This document shows positions 28,240 to 38,840 of a stretch of DNA of 64,000 nucleotides, in pieces. The stretch spans positions 832,001-896,000 of the forward strand of contig CAWFFU010000003.1 of the NCBI GenBank assembly GCA_963815215.1, in the 5' to 3' direction. The stretch comes from an uncultured Trueperaceae bacterium. GTDB lineage: Bacteria; Deinococcota; Deinococci; Deinococcales; Trueperaceae. The notes below the pieces were generated by a model. The model was not told the DNA's origin and made no database searches. It saw only the letters and a program-made list of their open reading frames with translations. Position numbers and translations under genes: made by a program. The stretch's first letter is position 1. Each line of letters starts with the position of its first letter.

Positions 28240-29928
28240 ATGGAGCGCAAGTACATCTTCGTCACGGGTGGGGTGGTTTCGAGCCTCGGCAAAGGCATCG
28301 CCACCTCGAGTATCGGAGCCCTGCTGCGGGCACGCGGTTATGCCGTCACCGCCGTCAAGATCGATCCCTACATCAACGTGGACGCCGGCACCATGCGTCC
28401 CTACGAGCACGGTGAGGTCTTCGTCACCGACGACGGTGCCGAGACCGATCTGGACATCGGCACCTACGAACGCTTCCTCGACGTCGACCTGTCGCGCGGG
28501 AACAACATCACGACCGGTCAGGTCTACCAGACGGTCATCGAGAAGGAGCGGCGCGGCGCCTACCTTTCGCAGACGGTCCAGGTCATCCCGCACGTCACCG
28601 ATGAGATCAAGCAACGGATCATCGACGCAGGCGAGCGGGTCGGCGCGGAGTTGGTGCTGGTCGAGGTCGGTGGGACGGTCGGGGACATCGAGTCGTTGCC
28701 CTTCCTGGAAGCCATCCGCCAGCTGCGCTTCGAGATGGGCCGCGAGAACACCCTCTACCTGCACGTGACGCTGTTGCCGTACCTCGGCACCAGCGAGGAG
28801 TACAAGACCAAGCCCACCCAGCACTCCGTCGCTACTTTGCGTGGCGTCGGGATCCAGCCGGACGGCATCATCCTGCGCTCGAAGACCCCCGTCCCGGAAG
28901 AGGCCCGTCGCAAGATCGCGCTGTTCACCAACGTCGAGGCCGATGCCGTCTTCAACGCCTTCGACGCCGACTTCGTCTACGCCGTGCCGGAGATGCTGGA
29001 GCAGCAGAGCATCGGCCGCTTCGTCGAGCGCATGCTGGGCCTCGAGCACGTCACGCCCGAGCTCCGGGTGTGGCAGGAGGCGGTGCGGGTGATGCGTCAA
29101 CCGGCCCGCGAAGTGGCGATCGCGGTCGTCGGCAAGTACGTTGCTATGCCCGACGCCTATCTGAGCCTGATGGAGGCCCTGAAGCACGCCGGCATCGCCA
29201 ACGATGCGCGCGTCTCGATCGAGTGGGTGAACGCCGAGGCGCTGGTGGAAGCTGATCTCACGCCGCTCAAGGAGTTCGACGGCATCCTGGTGCCCGGCGG
29301 ATTCGGGGTGCGCGGCATCGAGGGCAAGGTGCGGGCCGCTCAGGTGGCACGCGAGCACCTCGTGCCCTACCTTGGCATCTGCCTGGGGATGCAGGTGGCG
29401 GTCATCGAGTACGCCCGCCACGTCGCCGCCCTCGAAGCGGCGAACTCCACCGAGTTCGACCCGTACACGCCTCATCCCGTCATCGACCTGATGCCCGAAC
29501 AGCTCGAGGTCGCCGACATGGGAGGCACCATGCGGCTGGGGAGCTGGCCCATGCGCGTCAGCGCCGGGACGCTGCTGGCGGCGCTCTACGATCCGGTGCC
29601 CACCAGCCATGGCATCGCCTACGAGCGTCATCGGCACCGCTTCGAGGTGAACCCGCGCTACGTCGAGCGCCTGAAGACCGCGGGCCTGACCGTTTCCGGC
29701 ATCACCCCCGGCATGGCCGGCCGCGGCGAGGGCCTGGTGGAGGCGATCGAGATCGCCGAGCACCCGTTCTTCCTGGGTGTGCAGTCGCACCCGGAGTTCC
29801 GCTCCCGCCTGATGCGCCCCAGCCCGCCTTTCAGCGGCTTCATCCACGCTGCCGCCGAACGGGCCGAGCGGCGACGCGCCGCATCGGCGGACGTCGCCCC
29901 GGCGGTCCAGGGCGAGGCCCCGCGGTGA
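28240..29928 (+). CDS. pyrG: CTP synthase
   Basis: KYIFVTGGVVSSLGKG, KIDPYINVDAGTM, KTKPTQHSV, VPGGFG.RG, LGICLGMQ, ERHRHRFE, QSHPEF. Confidence 0.97.
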   Translation: MERKYIFVTGGVVSSLGKGIATSSIGALLRARGYAVTAVKIDPYINVDAGTMRPYEHGEVFVTDDGAETDLDIGTYERFLDVDLSRGNNITTGQVYQTVIEKERRGAYLSQTVQVIPHVTDEIKQRIIDAGERVGAELVLVEVGGTVGDIESLPFLEAIRQLRFEMGRENTLYLHVTLLPYLGTSEEYKTKPTQHSVATLRGVGIQPDGIILRSKTPVPEEARRKIALFTNVEADAVFNAFDADFVYAVPEMLEQQSIGRFVERMLGLEHVTPELRVWQEAVRVMRQPAREVAIAVVGKYVAMPDAYLSLMEALKHAGIANDARVSIEWVNAEALVEADLTPLKEFDGILVPGGFGVRGIEGKVRAAQVAREHLVPYLGICLGMQVAVIEYARHVAALEAANSTEFDPYTPHPVIDLMPEQLEVADMGGTMRLGSWPMRVSAGTLLAALYDPVPTSHGIAYERHRHRFEVNPRYVERLKTAGLTVSGITPGMAGRGEGLVEAIEIAEHPFFLGVQSHPEFRSRLMRPSPPFSGFIHAAAERAERRRAASADVAPAVQGEAPR

Positions 29929-29945
29929 GCCGGAGGGTCGGCTGA

Positions 29946-30584
29946 GTGCGGCACCCGAAGCCGCTCGTGATCGGACTGGCGGGCGGCACCGGATCGGGCA
30001 AGACGACGGTCGCCGAAGCGATCGTCGACGCCGCCGGCGCCGACAACGTGACCATCCTGCCTCAGGACGCCTACTACCTGGCGCAGGCCGACATCCCGCC
30101 GGCGGCACGCGCCATGATCAACTACGACGAGCCGAGCGCCTTCGACAACGACCTGCTGGTGGAACACGTGGACACGCTGGTGCAGTGGCGACCCGTCGAG
30201 CGCCCCGTCTACGACTTCGAGCGCGACGACCGCTCGCTGCAGACGGTAACGCTGAACCCCGCGCCGGTGCTGGTGGTCGAGGGGATCCTGGTGCTGCACG
30301 AGCCGACGCTCCGCGAGCGCTTCACCCTCAAGGTGTTCGTCGACGCTCCGCCCGACGAGCGCTTCATCCGCCGTCTGGAGCGTGACGTGCGTGAGCGTGG
30401 TCGCCGGGCCGAGAGCGTGATCGCGCAGTACCGGCGCAGCGTCAAGCCGATGCACGACCTGTTCGTCGAACCGACCAAACAGCACGCCGATCTGATCATT
30501 CCCGAGGGCGGCCGCAACCGCGTCGCCCTGGACGTGCTGGCGAGCTACGTGCGTCACTGCATCGCCATGCCGAACGGAGGCTGA
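29946..30584 (+). CDS. udk: Uridine kinase
   Basis: IGLAGGTGSGKTT, QDAYY, NYDEPSAFD, VEGIL, RFIRRLERD..ERGR, PMHDLFVEPTK.HADLIIP. Confidence 0.94.
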   Translation: MRHPKPLVIGLAGGTGSGKTTVAEAIVDAAGADNVTILPQDAYYLAQADIPPAARAMINYDEPSAFDNDLLVEHVDTLVQWRPVERPVYDFERDDRSLQTVTLNPAPVLVVEGILVLHEPTLRERFTLKVFVDAPPDERFIRRLERDVRERGRRAESVIAQYRRSVKPMHDLFVEPTKQHADLIIPEGGRNRVALDVLASYVRHCIAMPNGG

Positions 30585-30588
30585 ACCC

Positions 30589-32433
30589 GTGCTCGACCCC
30601 CGGTTGCGCCGCCTGCTGTGGCTCCTGATCGTCCTCAGCTTGATCCCCGCCGGCATCCTGGTCGTCCGCCGCATCCAGGCCGAAGGCGTGAGCGAGCACG
30701 TCGCCCTGGTGATGGACGCCCAGGCGCTCACCGACCAGGCCCACCTGCTCGGGCGCTCTCCGCTGGAACTGGCCAAGCACTACCGGACCCTGGGCCTCAC
30801 GGGTATCGCCGTCTACGAGGACACCATCGACAGTCTGGTCGCCAAGGGCGAAGCGGCCGCGCTCCTGGGCAGTGAGGCGCGGGCGCAGGCGCTGGCCGCC
30901 GGCCAGACGCCGCCCGACGTGCCCGGCGATGCCACGCTGGTGTCGGCCCTGCAGCCCGGCGCCCTCGATGCGCTCGTCGCCCACAACGTGCCGAAGCCCC
31001 GGACCCTGACCTGGCACGGCCGCTCCTGGTACGTCTACCCTGGGGATGTCCGAAGCAGCCTTCCGGCAGGGCCCGACCGAGCCGAGCTGAAGGCCTGGGC
31101 CGACGCCGGCTTCGACATCGCCTACCGTCCGCGCAACGCCCCCTACCGGCTGCTGAACCCCGGTTCCGACTTCCCCAGCAGCGCGCACTACCTGATCTAC
31201 GCCGGCACACAGGTGGCCGGCTTCCCGGGAAACCTCGCTGCGGTCGTGACGGCGTCGCAACCCTACCTGACGGCACTCATCGAAGGAACGCCACAGGCCG
31301 GTCTGGACAGCCTATTGAACAAGGTGCCGACCGTGCGGTTGTTGTCGTTCAACCAGGACTACATCGACCGGCGCCTCAGCCCGCGCGATCTGATCGACAA
31401 GTACATGCTCGCCGTGAGCGAGCGCAACATCCGGCTGCTCTACCTTCGCCCTTACACCACCACCGACCAGGGTGACCTGCTGACGAACACCGACCGCCTG
31501 GTGAGCGGGCTCACCTCGGCCCTGAAGAGCGCCGGCTACCAGGTCGGCCCGCTGCAGACGCAGACCTTCCACTACCACACCAGCGCCGCCCTGCGGGCGC
31601 TCGCCGGCGTCGGCGTGCTGGCGGGGGTGCTGCTCTTGATCGGCCTCTTCCCTGGCGCGTGGGGCCTGCTCGTGGCCGCGCTGGTCGCCATCCTGGGAGT
31701 GGCGGCCGGCGGGCCTCGCTGGGACGCGTTGGCGCTCATGGCGGCGCTCACGTTCCCGGTGCTGGGGTACGGGCACCTGCGAAAGAACGCGTGGAGCGTG
31801 GTGCTCGCCACGCTCATCAGCCTGGCCGGTGCGGCGCTTCTGGCCGCGGTGGGGAGCGAGCGCGACACCATGCTCGCCATCCGGCCGTTCGCGGGGGTTG
31901 GCGCCACCCTGATCGTTCCCCCGGCGCTCTTCCTGTTCCACTACGCGCTGCGCTTCCGTCGTCCGGCTGCCTGGGTGCGTGACTTCTGGCGCTCCGAGGT
32001 CCGCGTCGGCCACGTGGCACTTGCGTTGGTGGCACTGGCCGCCCTGGCCGTCGCTTTCATGCGCCGAGGCAACACGCCGCTCATCGGCGCCAGCCACGCC
32101 GAGTTGGCGCTCCGGCAGTGGCTCTCCGACCTGTTCGTGCGGCCGCGCTTCAAGGAGCTGATCGGGCACCCGCTGGCGCTACTGGCCCTGGCCAACCCGC
32201 GCTGGCCCTCGTGGTTCCGAGGCCTGTTGCTCACGGGGGGCGTACTGGCTCAGGCCAGCGTCCTCAACACCTTCAGCCACTACCACACGCCATTGCTCGT
32301 CTCTGCGGAACGCACCGCCATCGCCCTGGTCCTCGGGCTCGTCATCGGCTTCGTGCTGGTGCCGGTCCTACGTGGCGCGGTCGCTCTGGGCCGGGCCTGG
32401 CTGGCCAGCCCGGGTGACGGCCGTGGAGCGTGA
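30589..32433 (+). CDS. DUF5693-family membrane protein
   Basis: N-terminal TM, extracytoplasmic domain with AVSERNIRLLYLRP, multi-TM C-terminus with VRPRFKELIGHP and LNTFSHYHTP. Upstream of csaB. Confidence 0.72.
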   Translation: MLDPRLRRLLWLLIVLSLIPAGILVVRRIQAEGVSEHVALVMDAQALTDQAHLLGRSPLELAKHYRTLGLTGIAVYEDTIDSLVAKGEAAALLGSEARAQALAAGQTPPDVPGDATLVSALQPGALDALVAHNVPKPRTLTWHGRSWYVYPGDVRSSLPAGPDRAELKAWADAGFDIAYRPRNAPYRLLNPGSDFPSSAHYLIYAGTQVAGFPGNLAAVVTASQPYLTALIEGTPQAGLDSLLNKVPTVRLLSFNQDYIDRRLSPRDLIDKYMLAVSERNIRLLYLRPYTTTDQGDLLTNTDRLVSGLTSALKSAGYQVGPLQTQTFHYHTSAALRALAGVGVLAGVLLLIGLFPGAWGLLVAALVAILGVAAGGPRWDALALMAALTFPVLGYGHLRKNAWSVVLATLISLAGAALLAAVGSERDTMLAIRPFAGVGATLIVPPALFLFHYALRFRRPAAWVRDFWRSEVRVGHVALALVALAALAVAFMRRGNTPLIGASHAELALRQWLSDLFVRPRFKELIGHPLALLALANPRWPSWFRGLLLTGGVLAQASVLNTFSHYHTPLLVSAERTAIALVLGLVIGFVLVPVLRGAVALGRAWLASPGDGRGA

Positions 32434-33430
32434 TACCGGGGTTCGACCGCTGCGCCCGGTCCTGAGCGGTTACTACGGTTTCGGCAACCTGGGCGACGAA
32501 GCGCTGTTGGCGGGGTTGGTCGAGGGCCTGCGCGCGCGCGGCATCGAGCCCCAGGTGCTCTCCGGAAGCCCGGCGGCCACCCGTGCGCTCCACGGGGTGG
32601 CCGCAGCGCACCGCTATGCGGGCCTGGTGCCGACGCTCCTACGCTGCGACGTTGTCGTCTCCGGGGGCGGCGGCCTGCTGCAGGACGGCAGCAGCCGACG
32701 TAGCCTGGCGTACTACCTGACGGTCATCGGGCTGGCACGGAAGCTCGGCAAGCGCGTGGTGGTCTACGGGCAATCGGTGGGACCACTCAGCGACGAAGGT
32801 CGACGGCGCGTCGGCCGTGCCTTGAAGGGCCTGCCCGTGGCGGTGCGCGACGCCCCCTCCGTGGCCCTGCTGGCCGAGCTCGGTCTGTCCGCCGAGCGGG
32901 TAGCGGACCCTGCCCTGCTGCTGCCGGCGCCGGTGCGCACAGAAGCAGGCGGACCGGTAGTGCTGGTGCCCCGCTCGGGTCATGACGACCTCAACGACGC
33001 CCTGGCCGCTGCGGGGCGGCTGCTGCGCGAAGCCGGTCTGGAGGTCGCGACGCTGAGCCTTCATGAACGGGAGGACGCTGCCGCCGCGCAGCGGATCGCT
33101 CGGGCGGCGCAGGCGACCCGGCTGTTCGCCGGGACTCCGGCCGAAGCTCTGGCGCATCTCGCGGCCGCTCGCTACGTGCTGTCCGCTCGCCTTCACGGCC
33201 TCATCCTGGCCGCGCGCGTGGGCGTCGGCTTCGCCGGCCTGGTGTACGACCCCAAGGTCGCCGGCTTCCTCGACGATGCGCGCGCCCCCGCGTTCTCCGC
33301 TCCGGTGGATGCGCGGCGCCTGGCGGAGCTCGCCCAGGAGGCGGTGCCGCCCGATCTCGACGCCGTGGCCGCCCTGAGGCGGCGGGCCGATGCCGGTCTG
33401 GACTGGCTGGCGCTCCACATCGGCGGCTAA
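32423..33430 (+). CDS. csaB: Polysaccharide pyruvyl transferase CsaB
   Basis: LSGYYGFGNLGDEA, SGGGGLLQDGSS.RSLAYY, QSVGPL, VRD..S, ADPA, RLHGLI, YDPKV. Confidence 0.9.
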   Translation: MERDTGVRPLRPVLSGYYGFGNLGDEALLAGLVEGLRARGIEPQVLSGSPAATRALHGVAAAHRYAGLVPTLLRCDVVVSGGGGLLQDGSSRRSLAYYLTVIGLARKLGKRVVVYGQSVGPLSDEGRRRVGRALKGLPVAVRDAPSVALLAELGLSAERVADPALLLPAPVRTEAGGPVVLVPRSGHDDLNDALAAAGRLLREAGLEVATLSLHEREDAAAAQRIARAAQATRLFAGTPAEALAHLAAARYVLSARLHGLILAARVGVGFAGLVYDPKVAGFLDDARAPAFSAPVDARRLAELAQEAVPPDLDAVAALRRRADAGLDWLALHIGG

Positions 33431-33463
33431 GCATTCCTCATTCGCCCGCGCTATCGTGGATGC

Positions 33464-34222
33464 GTGCTTCGGTTCGCACCCATCCTCGTCGTGTTGCTGC
33501 TGCCCCTGGCGCTGGCGCAAAGTGCGTTCAGCCAGATGCAGGACCTGCTCGACCGCGGGTACTACAACTCCGCGGCGCAACTCAACGGGCCGGAGCTCGT
33601 CAAGACGTACCCGGATCAGCCGAACGCGCACTATCTCTACGGCGAGGCGCTCTACCTGACGGGCAACGTGGCCGCCGCGCAGACGCAGCTCGACCTGGCA
33701 ACCAAGCTGACCCAGGGTGAGTCCGATCCCCGGTACCTGCACCTGGGCGGCCTGCTGAAGGCGGCCGAAGGCGACCCTGCCGCCGCCATCACGCCGCTGA
33801 AGACGGCGTTCCTGAGCACGCACGACTACGCCTACGCCATGGACTGGGGACGTGTCGCCTGGCAGGCGGGGTCCTTCGACGTGGCCCTGCAGGCGTTCCA
33901 AGCTGCGACCGGTACCGATGCCGGCAAGGCAACGATGTGGCCGCTGCTCGACCAAGGGCGCATCCTGATCTACCTGGGACGGTACCAGGATGCGATCCAG
34001 AAACTGAACGACGCCATCGACGTCTTCGAGGCGACCGACCCGGGCGGTGCGCGCCCCGGTTCGCCGGCCTACGTCGAAGCGTTCTACCGCCTCGGCCAGG
34101 TGTACGAGAAGCTCGGGAACGTCAGTCAGGCCGAGACCAACTACCGGTCAGCGCGTACCGCCGACCCCAACTATGCACCGGCGATCGACGCCCTCGACCG
34201 CCTGTCGCGCAGCTTCCCATAG
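33464..34222 (+). CDS. Secreted TPR-repeat protein
   Basis: Signal peptide (LALAQ). AHYLYGEALYLTG, AFYRLGQVYEKLG..A...YRSA..DP. TATCGT 6 nt before the GTG. Confidence 0.78.
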   Translation: MLRFAPILVVLLLPLALAQSAFSQMQDLLDRGYYNSAAQLNGPELVKTYPDQPNAHYLYGEALYLTGNVAAAQTQLDLATKLTQGESDPRYLHLGGLLKAAEGDPAAAITPLKTAFLSTHDYAYAMDWGRVAWQAGSFDVALQAFQAATGTDAGKATMWPLLDQGRILIYLGRYQDAIQKLNDAIDVFEATDPGGARPGSPAYVEAFYRLGQVYEKLGNVSQAETNYRSARTADPNYAPAIDALDRLSRSFP

Positions 34223-34296
34223 CGCGACCCCACGGTTCCAGCCGGCCTGTCCCCCTCGACGTTCGAGGGATGCGGCAACCGGCGAAGGGAGGTCCC

Positions 34297-34998
34297 ATGT
34301 CGACCCTCAAAGCCCAAACCCTCCATCCTTCGGCCTGCGAACCCGCGGCTCCGGTTCCCGAAACGCTGGCCCTGCCGACGCGTACGTTGGAGCCTGGGCA
34401 GGTGTTGTTCGAGGCGGATCGTGAGGCGAGCAACCTGTACGTGGTGAACTTCGGGGTGCTGAAGGCGGTGGTGCCGACCAGTCTGGGTCGGGATCGTATC
34501 GCCGATCTGTACGGCGCCGGGGACGTGCTCGGTTTGAGCGCGTTGGACGGCGGTCTGCACGCCGAGACGGTGATCGCGGTGCACGATGCGTGCCTCACCC
34601 CGATCGATCCGAAGCAGGCGATGAACGATCGCAGCTTGCGTGATTACGTGCTGCGCAGCCTGGCGCGGCAGTTGCGGCGTTCCCGCGAGATGCTGGACGA
34701 AGCCGAGATGCCGGTCGGTGCGCGCGTCACCCGCGCGTTCCTGCGCTTGGCGCGGCAGTTCGGGCAGCCCAGCGACGGGGCGTCGTCGGCGGACGGCATC
34801 GAGGGCGGCGTGAAGCTGCCGCTGGCGTTGACGCATGAGGATCTGGCGGATCTCACCGGCTCGAGCCGGGTGACCATCACCCGCATCCTCGGCGAGCTGC
34901 GGTCCGACGGCGCTCTGGAGGGCACCCGCGGCGTGTACGTCGCCAACCTCGAGGGGTTGGAGCGCGCCACCGATCACTACGTCATGCAGGTGCTCTGA
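34297..34998 (+). CDS. Crp/Fnr family transcriptional regulator
   Basis: GGAGG RBS. cNMP-like domain (PGQVLF, LYVV..GVLK, GAGDVLG) and HTH LTHEDLADLTGSSRVTITRILGEL. Confidence 0.88.
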   Translation: MSTLKAQTLHPSACEPAAPVPETLALPTRTLEPGQVLFEADREASNLYVVNFGVLKAVVPTSLGRDRIADLYGAGDVLGLSALDGGLHAETVIAVHDACLTPIDPKQAMNDRSLRDYVLRSLARQLRRSREMLDEAEMPVGARVTRAFLRLARQFGQPSDGASSADGIEGGVKLPLALTHEDLADLTGSSRVTITRILGELRSDGALEGTRGVYVANLEGLERATDHYVMQVL

Positions 34999-35025
34999 CC
35001 CAGCGCCCGCTATCCCGCTCGCTCT

Positions 35026-35058
35026 GCACCGCCCCGGCCACGAAGGCCGGGGCGGTGC
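35026..35058. terminator. Hairpin between convergent genes
   Basis: GCACCGCCCCGGCC-ACGAA-GGCCGGGGCGGTGC, 14-bp stem. Confidence 0.7.
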
Positions 35059-35097
35059 TCGTTGGGACCGGCCGCCGCGACGGGGCCACGGCGAAGC

Positions 35098-35832
35098 TCA
35101 GTGGATGGCGTAGCGCACGTCCACGGCCGCCCACACCGCAAGCTGCCCGGCCTGCACGGGAGAGCCCGCACCCACACGCACCGCGGCCATGGTGCCCGCC
35201 GGCGACGCGACCGGCGAGGACGACTCATCGATCGTGAGCGGCCTGCCCAGCGTCACTCCGGCCAGATCCGCCAGTTGCTGGGCCTTCGCTCGAGCATCGT
35301 GCATCGCTGCGGCGCGGGCCTTCGCCTGAAGCGCCCCCGGATCGGCGATGCTGAACTGGATGCCCTGCACGTCGTTGGCACCGGCGTTCACGGCGGCGGA
35401 CACCAGCTCGCCGAGCTTCGTGAGATCGCGCAGCGTGACCTGGTAGCTCTGGACCACCTGATAGTGCTCGCCGGTCACGCTCCCATTCCGGTCGCGGACC
35501 TCCTGACGGCGGACGTTGAACGCTACCGTGCGGATGTCCCGGGCCTCGACGCCGCCGTCGAGGAAGGCCTGACGCACCGCCCGCATGGACCGGTCGGCAC
35601 TGGCGAGGGCGTCGCCGACCTGCTGCGCCGTCACATCGACCCCCAGCGTCAGCAGAGCGATGTCGGGCGCCCCGTAGACGGTGGCGCTCCCGTGCACCTG
35701 GATGCCGGACGACGGCTGGGATTGCGACTGGGATTGCGCCAGCGCCGGCGCCGAGACGAGGAACGTCGCCAGGACGGCGCATGCGAAGGCGGCACGAACG
35801 AACGCGCGGGGGGTCACGGGCACAGACTGCAT
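35098..35832 (-). CDS. SIMPL / DUF541 periplasmic protein
   Basis: Signal peptide, IQVHGSATV..APDIA.LTLGV, AGAN.V.GI.F, AM.DARAKA..LA..AGV.LG. Confidence 0.85.
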   Translation of the reverse strand: MQSVPVTPRAFVRAAFACAVLATFLVSAPALAQSQSQSQPSSGIQVHGSATVYGAPDIALLTLGVDVTAQQVGDALASADRSMRAVRQAFLDGGVEARDIRTVAFNVRRQEVRDRNGSVTGEHYQVVQSYQVTLRDLTKLGELVSAAVNAGANDVQGIQFSIADPGALQAKARAAAMHDARAKAQQLADLAGVTLGRPLTIDESSSPVASPAGTMAAVRVGAGSPVQAGQLAVWAAVDVRYAIH

Positions 35833-35943
35833 GGTGCGGGCCTCCTTGGGACGACCGTTCCGGGAGCCGGTCCTACCCCTCGACCCCCGCATCGTCGATG
35901 CTCCATCCTCGCGCACGATCATGACCTGCCGATGGGAGCCGGC

Positions 35944-37188
35944 TCAGTTGACGGTCTTGATGCGACGGTTCTGGAAGTCCTGCAGAACGTAGCGACCGAT
36001 GGTGTGGGGGGTCGTGAAGTAGGCCTTCCCGCGCGTCATCGCGGAGACCCGCTGCACGAAGGCGATCAGCTCGGGGTCCCGCGCCAGCATGAAGGTGTTG
36101 ACCTGGATGCCCTGCCGCCGACAGTTGCCTACCTCACGCAGCGTCTCGCCGAGCACCATGGGGTCGAGCCCGTAGGCGTTCTTGTAGACACGGCCGCCCG
36201 GTAGCGTGATGGCCGACGGCTTGCCGTCGGTGATCATCACGATCTGCTTCATGTCCTTGTTCTGGCTCCGAAGGATCTTGCGCGCCAACCGCAACCCCTC
36301 TGCCGTATTGGTGTGGTACGGACCCACCTGGGCCGACGCCAGCTTCGTCAACGGGATCTCCTCGGCCGAGTTGTGGAACAGCACGAAGCGGATGGTGTCG
36401 CCTCGGTACTGCGTACGGATCAGGTGCGCCAGCGCCAGCGCGACCTGCTTCGCAGGGGTGAAGCGGTCCTCGCCGTAGAGGATCATCGAGTGCGAGCAGT
36501 CGAGCATCACGACCGTCGCCGCCGACGAGGCGTACTCGGCCTGCACCACCTGGAGATCGTCGTACTCGAGGTCGAACCGTCCGCCGTCGAAGCCGCGCCG
36601 CGCGGCGTTCTTGAACGTCTCCGCCACGTCGAGGTTGAGCGTGTCGCCGTACTCGTAGGGCTTCGACTCGCCGTTCGTCTCCACGCCGGTGCTCTGGAAG
36701 CGCGTCTCGTGCGCCCCCACGCTCGAACGTCCGGCGCCGCCCAGCACATCGCGCAGGGTGCGGTAGCCGAGGAAGTCGATGGCCTTGTCGGTGAGCTCGA
36801 AGCGCGCCGCGCCCGGGTCGCCTTCCGGGCCGGAACCCTGGCCCCCGCTGCGTGGCTCGTCCTCGTCGTCAGGGGCGGCCTTCAGATAGCCTTCCCGCTC
36901 GAGCCGCTGCGCCAGCTCCTTGACCATCTCGCCGAGCTGCGACGTCATCCAGTCGTCGGCGTTCATGGCCTTCTCGAGGGTCTCCTCGGACACCAGGTCG
37001 TTGTTGATCAGAGCCTCGGCGATGGCGTCGTAGAGGTCCTGCAGGGACTGACGATAGTCCGGATCGGGATCCCACGGGTTGCGCCCGAAGCCCGACTCGA
37101 GCAGCCGGTCCTGCAACATCTTCATCAGGTCCGCCATGTCGAGATCGTCGAGCGTCGGCTCGTACTTGGAATAGCGGGTCGTCGCCAC
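35944..37188 (-). CDS. VWA (MIDAS) domain protein
   Basis: [31 protein letters not shown]. Adjacent to a BchI-like ATPase. Confidence 0.85.
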   Translation of the reverse strand: MATTRYSKYEPTLDDLDMADLMKMLQDRLLESGFGRNPWDPDPDYRQSLQDLYDAIAEALINNDLVSEETLEKAMNADDWMTSQLGEMVKELAQRLEREGYLKAAPDDEDEPRSGGQGSGPEGDPGAARFELTDKAIDFLGYRTLRDVLGGAGRSSVGAHETRFQSTGVETNGESKPYEYGDTLNLDVAETFKNAARRGFDGGRFDLEYDDLQVVQAEYASSAATVVMLDCSHSMILYGEDRFTPAKQVALALAHLIRTQYRGDTIRFVLFHNSAEEIPLTKLASAQVGPYHTNTAEGLRLARKILRSQNKDMKQIVMITDGKPSAITLPGGRVYKNAYGLDPMVLGETLREVGNCRRQGIQVNTFMLARDPELIAFVQRVSAMTRGKAYFTTPHTIGRYVLQDFQNRRIKTVN

Positions 37189-37236
37189 CTCGGCGCCTCC
37201 TCATCGTGCACGCCCGTGCCGGAAAGGAACGAACGC

Positions 37237-38682
37237 TCAGTTCCACCGCCGGCGAGGGCCGGCCTGAGCCGCCTCCGCGGACTCGGGCTGCACGCCGGTG
37301 AAGCCGCGTTCCTCGCTGCGCGCCACCAGCTTGCGGGCATACAGGCCCTCGAGCACGAACTCGGCGGCGACGGCGAGGTCGGCCGCGGAGGTCCCGTCGG
37401 CGAGCTCACGGGCCGCGTCGAGCAGCCCGGGCACCGTCTCGAAGACCTGGACCAGCGCTCCGGTGGCGACGTGGTCAGGCAGGCGCAAGGTGTTGTCCGA
37501 GTCGAAGTACTCGATCACCTCGCCGGTCTCCACCTGGCCGGCGCGACGCGCGAACACCTGGCCCACGGCGCGGCGCACCAGGTCACGCGCCACGGCCTCC
37601 CCGCCCTTGAGCTCGCCCTCGTACTCGAGCTCGAGCTTGCCCGTCACCGCCGCCAGCCCGGCATACAGGTCGGACGCGCGGACGTAGGCCGGGCTCTCCT
37701 CGAGCTCTAGCGCACGCCGCTCGGCGTTGCTCACCACGGCCTCCATGAGGCTGATGGGCAGGCGTTGGGAGACGCCCGAGTGCTTGTCCACACGGGCGTC
37801 GTCGCGGGCCTGGAACGCGACCTCCTCGATCATCTCCGACACGAAGCCGGGCAGGCGCACCTCGCCGCCGCGCTCGATCCAGGCCTCCTGTCGCGTGATG
37901 GCCATGCCCTCCTCGACGGTGGGCGGGTAGTGGGTGCGGATCTCTGAGCCGATGCGGTCCTTCAGGGGGGTGATGATCTTGCCACGCGCCGTGTAGTCCT
38001 CGGGATTGGCGCTGAAGACCAGCATGATGTCGAGCGGCAGGCGGATGGGGTGCCCCTTGATCTGCACGTCCCCCTCCTGCATGACGTTGAAGAGCGCGAC
38101 CTGCACCTTGCCGGACAGGTCGGGCAACTCGTTCATGGCGAACAGGCCGCGGTTGGCGCGCGGCAGCAGCCCGTAGTGCACCGAGCGCTCGTCGCCCAGC
38201 CGGGTGCCGAGCTTGGCCGCCTTGATGGGGTCGATGTCGCCCACGATGTCGGCCACCGTAACGTCGGGCGTGGCGAGCTTCTCGATGTAGCGGGCCTCAC
38301 GCGGTAACCACGCGATCGGGGTGGAGTCGCCGCAGCGCTCCACGATCTCGCGACCCTCCACGCTGACGGGGGCGAAGGGGTCGTCATGGAGCTCGGAGCC
38401 CTCGACCACGGGGATCTCCTCGTCAAGGAGGTCGCTGAGCTGCCGCAGGAGGCGCGTCTTGGCCTGACCGCGAAGCCCGAGAAGGATGAAGTTGTGGCGG
38501 CTGAGGATGGCGTTGACGATCTGCGGGATGACCGATTCGTCGTAGCCGCGGATGCCCGAGAAGATCGGGGCGCGGTCACGCAGCTTGCGAATCAGGTTGT
38601 CGCGGAGCTCCGCCTTGACGCCGCGGCCCGCCTTGGCCGACCACGCCGTGGCGCGCAGCTCCCCGAGGGTGGTGGGCTTCAT
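37237..38682 (-). CDS. Mg-chelatase subunit I-like AAA+ ATPase
   Basis: [70 protein letters not shown]. Confidence 0.85.
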   Translation of the reverse strand: MKPTTLGELRATAWSAKAGRGVKAELRDNLIRKLRDRAPIFSGIRGYDESVIPQIVNAILSRHNFILLGLRGQAKTRLLRQLSDLLDEEIPVVEGSELHDDPFAPVSVEGREIVERCGDSTPIAWLPREARYIEKLATPDVTVADIVGDIDPIKAAKLGTRLGDERSVHYGLLPRANRGLFAMNELPDLSGKVQVALFNVMQEGDVQIKGHPIRLPLDIMLVFSANPEDYTARGKIITPLKDRIGSEIRTHYPPTVEEGMAITRQEAWIERGGEVRLPGFVSEMIEEVAFQARDDARVDKHSGVSQRLPISLMEAVVSNAERRALELEESPAYVRASDLYAGLAAVTGKLELEYEGELKGGEAVARDLVRRAVGQVFARRAGQVETGEVIEYFDSDNTLRLPDHVATGALVQVFETVPGLLDAARELADGTSAADLAVAAEFVLEGLYARKLVARSEERGFTGVQPESAEAAQAGPRRRWN

Positions 38683-38840
38683 CCGTTCCTCCGGCTCTGC
38701 GTCGAGCTTCCCAGCGGGTTCATGGGCCATGCTAGCACCAGCCCTCCGGATCGCTGTGTGTGCCCGGTAGCGGTCGCCTACGTGCCCTGGGCACGAGCCG
38801 GCCCGGCCCGCCGACCCCGGGACGCTTGCCCCGGACGACG

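Noticed and set aside
35717..35737. Short repeat GGGATTGCGACTGGGATTGCG
   Set aside because: It encodes the QSQSQSQ linker after the SIMPL signal peptide, so it is not a CRISPR or regulatory repeat.
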